In this document: piece by piece, positions 11,633-17,859 of the stretch
How the letters are laid out: each line of letters starts with the position of its first letter
Numbering within the stretch: the stretch's first letter is position 1
Assembly (NCBI GenBank): GCA_963752595.1
Contig: CAVVYZ010000006.1
Coordinates: 1 to 64,000, forward strand
Source of the DNA: an uncultured delta proteobacterium
GTDB taxonomy: Bacteria > Desulfobacterota > Desulfomonilia > UBA1062
Direction of reading: 5' to 3'
DNA: 64,000 nt
Position numbers and translations under genes: made by a program
Notes under the pieces: model-generated
What the model saw: the letters and a program-made list of their open reading frames with translations, nothing else
The model's database searches: none
Told to the model about the DNA's origin: nothing

Positions 11633-12606
11633 ATGAAATTGAAAACCCTTGTAAATAATATTCTTATTCTCGGGGCAGTTCTTGCATCTCTGGTTTTTCT
11701 GCTTTTATTTAATTTGGGAGAGGAGAAATCGCGTGTCCTCGATGCGATCTTTAACTTCGGGCATCTTCCACTTTTCGGTGTCGTAGCTCTGGTATTACTC
11801 TGGATTTTAAATAAGAAAAAATGGCCTGTCACAAACTACAGACTTTATCTGGCTTCCTTTACCGTCACATTGATTCTCGGGATCACTACGGAATTCCTGC
11901 AGCGGCTTACGCCTGATCGATACTTCGAAATTTCAGACATGCTTTACGATACGATCGGGGCTTTCACCTTTCTCACACTTGCATACCCTTCCCTGGGATA
12001 CATTGGGAGCAAAGTAAGTGCCTATAAGAAGGTCAGTATTCTCGTTATTATTGCAGCCGCCCTTCCCGTTTATCTGTCAGTTTTCGACACCTGGCGCATG
12101 AACAGGGATGTTCCGCTGCTCGGTTCTTTTGAAACACGCCTGGAAATGGAACGGTGGTCGGCAAAAACAGCACCTTCAGCCGATCGATGAAGCATGCAGT
12201 TCATGGATCGCATTCTCTGGAGGTGCGCCTTCAGCCCGGCCGGTATCCGGGGATTGCACTGGAATATATGTTTGAAGACTGGAGCGGATACGATTCTTTT
12301 TCGTTTGATGTGTATCTTGAGGGGAACGGCTCATTGCCTGTCGTTGTCCGGATCAATGACCTGCTGCATAATCAGATGTTCGACGACCGATTCAATAGGA
12401 GGTTTTTACTCAAACCGGGGAACAATCACATCTCGATCAGTTTGAGCGAAGTGAGAAAAGCACCACGGACACGGTCTATGGATATGAGCCGGATAAAGAA
12501 TATCTGTGTTTTCTCGTATCAACTAAAAGAGACGCGGGTACTGTTTTTTGATAATTTCAGGCTGGATGGGAAGGGTGATGCTTCGGGGGATGAGGTGCGG
12601 GAGTAG
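11633..12606 (+). CDS. VanZ-family membrane protein with C-terminal carbohydrate-binding-like domain (one frameshift near 12170)
   Basis: NFGHLPLFG, TEFLQRLTPDRYFEISDMLYDTIGA (VanZ), then HGSHSLEV..YPGI..DWSGYDSFSFDVY. Confidence 0.8.
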
Positions 12607-12612
12607 GTAAAG

Positions 12613-12738
12613 CCCCCTCTCCCCATCCCTCTCCCCCGTTTCCGGGGGAGAGGGGGATTTGGAATGGGTGTTCAGAATACCCCGGGCCGTTAAGCTTTAG
12701 TCCCCTCGCCCCCTTGGGGAGAGGGACAGGGAGAGGGG
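12613..12738. repeat. Inverted doublet of BoxC-like palindromic repeats, no gene inside
   Basis: Copy 12613-12657 CCCCCTCTCCCCATCCCTCTCCCCCG..CGGGGGAGAGGGGGA; 43-bp spacer; copy 12701-12738 TCCCCTCGCCCCCTTGGGGAGAGGGACAGGGAGAGGGG, same family as the 17251 copy. Confidence 0.85.
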
Positions 12739-12756
12739 TGGTCTTTGGATCGGGGG

Positions 12757-13527
12757 TTATCCCATGATTCTGATCGATACACCTGATGGTGCAGGAAGCG
12801 CTGTTCCATTACTGCTGTTCGAACTCGGCATGCCGTCCCATACCTCGTAGTCGTCGACCTGCCTGGAGAAGGAACCGGGCTCTTCGGCATCTATCGATGG
12901 CGCGTGGATGTAATACATCGTGTTGGTCCACTTGCCTCGGCCGAAGGTGTCGTTTACTTTCAGCGATCCATCGTACCAGAACTTGCTGACGCCGGTTGAG
13001 AACTTTATGTAGAACTCATAATGATGCCACTTACCGTCTACCTGATTCGGGCAGGTCAGCCATCTGCCGGCAGTAACCATCGAGCCCCGCGACATGGCCG
13101 AATAATAAACAGAGTTATTGCTGGACATGGCATAATGAACATAGCTGTCTATGCCGTCCCAGCGGGGGTAGAAAAATTTGATATTCTCATGAGCATCGGT
13201 GCTCCTGAATGTAGGGTAGCGCATCCAGAAGGAGACATACAATTCGTCGGTAGGCCATGGGTTGTAGATGTCTTTCTTCCAGAGCAGGTTGGCTTCATTC
13301 ACCGACCCTGATGAAAAACAGTAGCCTTTGCCGTTTCTTCCCACAGCACCGAGATTATATTGCGGAGGGGTCATTGGCGCCCAGTTATGTCCATAAACGC
13401 CGAATCTGCTGTCCAGAACCTTATCGTCGAAGTTTTCGTAGAAAACACGGTTTGCTGCGTATCCGTCTGCCTGACAGAGCATGAACACCAGCATGATCAT
13501 AGTTGTAATCTTTGCTGCGTGAGACAA
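12757..13527 (-). CDS. Secreted protein, predicted beta-jelly-roll (ConA-like/polysaccharide-lyase-like) domain; paralogue 1
   Basis: TTG start with GGAGGT SD, signal peptide ending GYA-A, aromatic-rich LYVSFWMRY, KWHHYEFY, KFWYDG; fold is inference. Confidence 0.7.
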   Translation of the reverse strand: MSHAAKITTMIMLVFMLCQADGYAANRVFYENFDDKVLDSRFGVYGHNWAPMTPPQYNLGAVGRNGKGYCFSSGSVNEANLLWKKDIYNPWPTDELYVSFWMRYPTFRSTDAHENIKFFYPRWDGIDSYVHYAMSSNNSVYYSAMSRGSMVTAGRWLTCPNQVDGKWHHYEFYIKFSTGVSKFWYDGSLKVNDTFGRGKWTNTMYYIHAPSIDAEEPGSFSRQVDDYEVWDGMPSSNSSNGTALPAPSGVSIRIMG

Positions 13528-13560
13528 AATATTACCTCCAGCTTTTTTTCATTAGATCGA

Positions 13561-13575
13561 GCAACAATCATACCA
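13561..13575 (-). promoter_or_regulatory. Sigma54 -24/-12 promoter
   Basis: Minus strand TGGTATGATTGTTGC (GG-N10-GC), 33 nt upstream of 13527 start; conserved in paralogous copy. Confidence 0.75.
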
Positions 13576-13632
13576 TTGGCATTACGGTATATATGCTCTC
13601 TTTTATATTCATAATGTGTTGTACCCCATAAT

Positions 13633-13664
13633 AAAAAAGGCCCCCGGGAAACCCGGAGGCCTTT
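13633..13664 (-). terminator. Rho-independent terminator (potentially bidirectional)
   Basis: AAAAAAGGCCCCCGGGAAACCCGGAGGCCTTTT hairpin with T tract on minus strand, downstream of the 13692 stop. Confidence 0.8.
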
Positions 13665-13691
13665 TAAAATGCTTATGGTACACTATCTTTG

Positions 13692-14804
13692 CTACATAAT
13701 GACTCTGATCGATATGGATGACGGGCTTTGAATGGTAGTTGTGCTGCTCCCGGAGGTACCTGCAGTAAATGAATAACTTTGCGTACCGGTACTATTTCCC
13801 TTGATATCCTTTGCGCTTGCGGCAACCTGGACCCTGGACCCATAGGCAAAGTTTGCAGGCGGATTATAAAACACGGTATAATCTGCGGCAGTCCCGGTAA
13901 TAGTCGGGGTGACACTGGTTCCGTTAATGGTAACCGCTATAGAAGACCTGTCCACACCGCTTCCTGAATCCTTGATATGGAATGAGATATTCGTGTTTGC
14001 AGGGACAGAGGTTGCCCCGACCGCAGGGCTCATGCCGCTGAATGCCGGCGCTGTAGTGTCGCTGGTAGTCCCGCCGCTTGGAGGAACAGTGCCGGTGCTG
14101 CCCGGTATGCCGTCCCATATCTCCAGGTCGTCGACCTGCCGTGAGAAATCTCCCGGCTCTTCAGCATCTATGGAAGGCGTGGAGATATAGTGCATGGCCC
14201 TTGTCCATTTGCCCGTGCCGAAGGTATCATTTACTATGAGCGACCCGTCATACCAGAATTTGCTGACCCCGGCTGAAAATTTCACATAGAATTCATAGTG
14301 GTGCCATTTGCCGTCGGCCTGATTCGGGCAGGTCAGCCATCTGCCGGCAGTAACCATCGTGCCATGTGCCATGGCTGAATAATACACGCTGTTATTACTG
14401 GACATTGCATAATGTACATACCCCTGTGCATTATCCCAGTGAGGGTAAAACAGCTTGATGTTTTCATGTGAGTCTGTCTGTCTGAAGGTCGGATAGCGCA
14501 TCCAGAATGATACATATAAATCATCGGTAGGCCACGGATTCGGGATCTGGTTTCTCCAGTGCAGATACGCCTCGTTGATTGTACCGGAAGTAAAGCTATA
14601 GCCTGCTCCGCTTCTTCCGACGGCATTCAGGTTATATTGCGGCGGGCTCAAGATAGCCCAGTCATGCCCTATTATCTGAAGCCTGCTGTCCAGCACCTTG
14701 TCATCAAAATTTTCATATAATAGGCGGTTTGCCGCATATCCCTCAATCCGACATAATAACAAGAGCAGTAGAACCATCGTAGTGAGCTTTATTATGTGAG
14801 ACAA
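13692..14804 (-). CDS. Secreted protein, same beta-rich domain plus Ig-like domain; paralogue 2
   Basis: TTG start at 14804 with GAGGGGGG SD; long blocks identical to paralogue 1; T/S/G linker then DTTAP..SP..GAT.VPANTNISF Ig-like module. Confidence 0.75.
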   Translation of the reverse strand: MSHIIKLTTMVLLLLLLCRIEGYAANRLLYENFDDKVLDSRLQIIGHDWAILSPPQYNLNAVGRSGAGYSFTSGTINEAYLHWRNQIPNPWPTDDLYVSFWMRYPTFRQTDSHENIKLFYPHWDNAQGYVHYAMSSNNSVYYSAMAHGTMVTAGRWLTCPNQADGKWHHYEFYVKFSAGVSKFWYDGSLIVNDTFGTGKWTRAMHYISTPSIDAEEPGDFSRQVDDLEIWDGIPGSTGTVPPSGGTTSDTTAPAFSGMSPAVGATSVPANTNISFHIKDSGSGVDRSSIAVTINGTSVTPTITGTAADYTVFYNPPANFAYGSRVQVAASAKDIKGNSTGTQSYSFTAGTSGSSTTTIQSPSSISIRVIM

Positions 14805-14841
14805 GATTATTCCCCCCTCTGAGTTTTTTAAAACCAATGGA

Positions 14842-14856
14842 GCAACAAACATACCA
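14842..14856 (-). promoter_or_regulatory. Sigma54 -24/-12 promoter
   Basis: Minus strand TGGTATGTTTGTTGC (GG-N10-GC), 14/15 identical to the 13561 site. Confidence 0.75.
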
Positions 14857-14999
14857 CGCATACTGCGGTGCCATGCGACTATCCGGACTTGCTTACCTTT
14901 ATCAAACTTTCATTTTATCGATTTTTAGCTGATATCGTTCAGTTATACTCCTGCTTCGACGTGGTATCTTTGGTAAGACGAAGTGATTTGATAAGAAGC

Positions 15000-15030
15000 A
15001 AAAAGGCCCCCGGGAAAATCCGGAGGCCTC
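15000..15030 (-). terminator. Rho-independent terminator, near copy of the 13633 hairpin
   Basis: AAAAAGGCCCCCGGGAAAATCCGGAGGCCTC; T tract on minus strand downstream of AsnB-like gene. Confidence 0.7.
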
Positions 15031-15214
15031 AATAAATCGCATATGTCCGGCAAATATCTAAAATATCTCGTCGATTAACCAGCTTTCGTAAAAGCTGGTT
15101 GAATATCCTCGGCTGTGCCTTATTATTAATTATAATTAACAGCTCTTTCAGCCGGTTTTCTGCGATTATTGTAACTCATTCGTCAGTATTGTAACAATCT
15201 CTTAGATAATCTCA

Positions 15215-17074
15215 TTATTTCAATACTATTGGATTATGTTTTACTGAGGCAGCATCCTGCCTCAGTCTCATCTCGAGGGTCAGCATATTCCCGAGCTGGT
15301 TATGGTAAAGAAAACGATTCGTCCCGGCATCTTGGTAAAACCTTTCATACTTCTTGCGATCATAGAGATCTCTGGTCACAAGCGAATCATAGCTGAATGC
15401 ATCCGAAAATGAATCGACGGCAAAGAGGGATGAAAAATAAGAGGATTGCTGATAGGCAATTGATTTATCCACGAATATCGTGCGGCCCATGGTCTTTTGC
15501 ACAAGCTTCCGGATGCCCCTTTTCCCATAGTCTGCAACTAATGGTATGAACTTGTGCGCGTTCTGAAAACTGATGTTCCGGCATGGCGTTCCATTGAGCA
15601 TTTTCTGCCCTGAGAGCGGCCAGGAGAGACTCTCAATGATGCTCTTCACAAGCCTGCCGTTCCTCTTATACCATGGCGGTACAGTCAGGACCGATTCAAC
15701 GCATCTCTTCATGGTAAGCGGTGTCAGCGCCCCTACTATCTGATTGGAGGAGCTGATGGTTCTGCCTGCCCACCTCCTTACCTTCTGCCTGAAATACAGG
15801 TTGTCTATCTGGAGCGTATTGTATGAGCGGCTGAGGTCCATATCGGAGATGGATTTCTGAAATTCATCTTTAAGAATGTTTTTTATATTGGTCATCCCGG
15901 GCATAAAATCAGGTGAAAACAGTGAGTAGTCATATTCATACTGGAGCACCCGTGTATTGATCAGCCTGTCCAGATTGGCCGGCCTTTTTGAACCGGTTAT
16001 TTCCTGGATCCACCAGAAATCGCGATATACTTCCCCCCCTAACCCGTTGATCGAATATTCATGGCCGTTCGATTTAAAATCCTGTGCCCAGAGGATCGGC
16101 GCATAGTTGAATATGTTTTCCTCACCGTCGGTTATGGTAAGGGCCCTTTTTACATAATCATAGATTCTCTCATCCCAGTCTTCCGGCAGGGTGAGGTGAT
16201 TGTTCCTGAATCCAAACGTCTTGCAGTATCCTTCAACCAGGTCCACTTCCCGGGATCCATCGGGCCCGAAAACAAAGGTGTGGATGTCCTTCAAGGGTTT
16301 GAACATGGAAAAAACGGATACAATCAATCGCGAATCATACCCTGCGGTGAAATCGCAAATCACGTCTTCTTTTGATAATACTTCAAAAGCCTTGATCAGA
16401 TTGTTTATGAGTGTATCCCGTGCTTCCTGAAAGGAGATTCTCTCGTGTATCTCCACCGGGCTTTGCCAGTATCGTTTTTTCGTTTCTCTCACCTCTTTCG
16501 GAGTGATCCGGAATGAGTATATGGATGCAGGATCTAATAGCTCGATTTCATTATATATCGTATCAGGTCCATAGACCGTTGCTCCTCGAAGAAACTGGGC
16601 AATAGCTTTCTCATTGCGGGTAACCGGATAATTGCGTGAAAGCGCCATGGATGACGAGCTGATGGAAAACACCGGTCCTGAGCGATACCGGTACATATTC
16701 ATGATGCCGGCATGGTCGGTTATTATCCTGAAGCCATTCTCCTTGCGGTTCCTGATCAACATGCAAAAAGGTCCGTCGCAGGAATCGACCAGACTCTCGA
16801 TGGGCTTATCCATGAGATCGCGCTTCAAGAGAGCTATCGCTTTCTCGCCCAGGCTATCTTTGTATATCAGCGTGCCCACAACCCATATGTCCGTTTCCTC
16901 ATGTTTGGCGTTATCCCTGAAGTCTGAATTCTTCCTGGAAAGCTTCGATAGCCGGAAACTTTTATGCTTTTCATCCCAGTCATTCCTCAAGCCCTTGTGC
17001 TTTACAAAAAAATCCAGAGCCTTTTCATGGCTTTTATTAACATTATTACCAATAGTTATCAGGATACCTGCCAT
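15215..17074 (-). CDS. Asparagine synthetase-related amidoligase (no N-terminal Cys)
   Basis: 619 aa; DGPF, TDHAG in Ntn-like domain; TAGYDSR PP-loop variant; NGLGGE. Confidence 0.8.
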   Translation of the reverse strand: MAGILITIGNNVNKSHEKALDFFVKHKGLRNDWDEKHKSFRLSKLSRKNSDFRDNAKHEETDIWVVGTLIYKDSLGEKAIALLKRDLMDKPIESLVDSCDGPFCMLIRNRKENGFRIITDHAGIMNMYRYRSGPVFSISSSSMALSRNYPVTRNEKAIAQFLRGATVYGPDTIYNEIELLDPASIYSFRITPKEVRETKKRYWQSPVEIHERISFQEARDTLINNLIKAFEVLSKEDVICDFTAGYDSRLIVSVFSMFKPLKDIHTFVFGPDGSREVDLVEGYCKTFGFRNNHLTLPEDWDERIYDYVKRALTITDGEENIFNYAPILWAQDFKSNGHEYSINGLGGEVYRDFWWIQEITGSKRPANLDRLINTRVLQYEYDYSLFSPDFMPGMTNIKNILKDEFQKSISDMDLSRSYNTLQIDNLYFRQKVRRWAGRTISSSNQIVGALTPLTMKRCVESVLTVPPWYKRNGRLVKSIIESLSWPLSGQKMLNGTPCRNISFQNAHKFIPLVADYGKRGIRKLVQKTMGRTIFVDKSIAYQQSSYFSSLFAVDSFSDAFSYDSLVTRDLYDRKKYERFYQDAGTNRFLYHNQLGNMLTLEMRLRQDAASVKHNPIVLK

Positions 17075-17183
17075 TGTTATCCATCCGATCGAATTATTTT
17101 TTGTTCATACGACAGATCCATACCTTGCCCACTCAAGGCATCTCCTTATTATTCAAACACCCACCTCAGCCGGATATATTCAA

Positions 17184-17289
17184 CCCCCTCTCCCACAACC
17201 GGGCGAGGGAAAAAGGAAAATTATATTTTAGAATAATAGTTGGGATTAAAGTCCCCTCGCCCGCTTGCGGGAGAGGGACAGGGAGAGGG
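17184..17289. repeat. Left BoxC-like doublet: degenerate copy 17184-17210 plus full copy 17251-17289
   Basis: GTCCCCTCGCCCGCTTGCGGGAGAGGGACAGGGAGAGGG ends 1 nt before the DUF559 ATG. Confidence 0.9.
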
Positions 17290-17290
17290 C

Positions 17291-17641
17291 ATGACCAAAC
17301 TCCATACCCAATACGCCAAAGAACTGAGGAAGCGATCCACTGATACAGAGCGCCTTCTGTGGAAGCATCTCCGAGCGAAAAGAATGTTCGGACTGAACTT
17401 CAGACGTCAGCATCCAATAGGTAATTACATTGTTGACTTCATCTGTTTTGAGAAAAAGATCATAATCGAACTCGATGGCGGGCAGCATGCATCTTACAGC
17501 GAGAAAGACAAGACTCGCGATTCCCGGCTTGAAGGCCAAGGTTTCCGGATTCTGCGATTCTGGAATAATGATGTTTTATCCAATACAGAGGGGATTCTGC
17601 AGATGATAATGGATGCTTGCTTGGGGGATGAGGGGATTTGA
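17291..17641 (+). CDS. DUF559 (YcjD/Vsr-like) endonuclease-domain protein
   Basis: AKELRKRSTDTERLLWKHLR, FRRQHPIGNYIVDF, IIELDGGQH, DKTRD, GFRILRFWNNDV. Confidence 0.92.
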   Translation: MTKLHTQYAKELRKRSTDTERLLWKHLRAKRMFGLNFRRQHPIGNYIVDFICFEKKIIIELDGGQHASYSEKDKTRDSRLEGQGFRILRFWNNDVLSNTEGILQMIMDACLGDEGI

Positions 17642-17646
17642 ATTTA

Positions 17647-17850
17647 CCCTCTCCCTGTCCCTCTCCCGCAAGCGGGCGAGGGGACGTTTTGGTCCTGGGT
17701 CGGAATAAGGATGGGTCCCCCTCTCCCGCAAGCGGGCGAGGGGACTCTAGTATCATAGTCCGCAATAATCCAAACATCTATTCTTTTAATTCCTCCCCTC
17801 TCCTTCTGCTTCTTTCTTCTGTCTCTTCCTCTCCCCTCGTGGGAGAGGGG
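17647..17850. repeat. Right BoxC-like repeats: full 17647-17685, core 17718-17745, degenerate 17828-17850
   Basis: 17647-17685 is the exact 39-bp reverse complement of 17251-17289. Confidence 0.9.
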
Positions 17851-17859
17851 GTTTTTGCA

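Noticed and set aside
12757-14804. Secreted paralogues as PEP-CTERM exosortase substrates
   Set aside because: No PEP motif, C-terminal TM helix or basic tail
17184-17850. Repeat cluster as a CRISPR array or classical IS/MITE
   Set aside because: Copies are in mixed orientation with irregular spacing, there are no cas genes or DDE transposase, and no target-site duplication was seen
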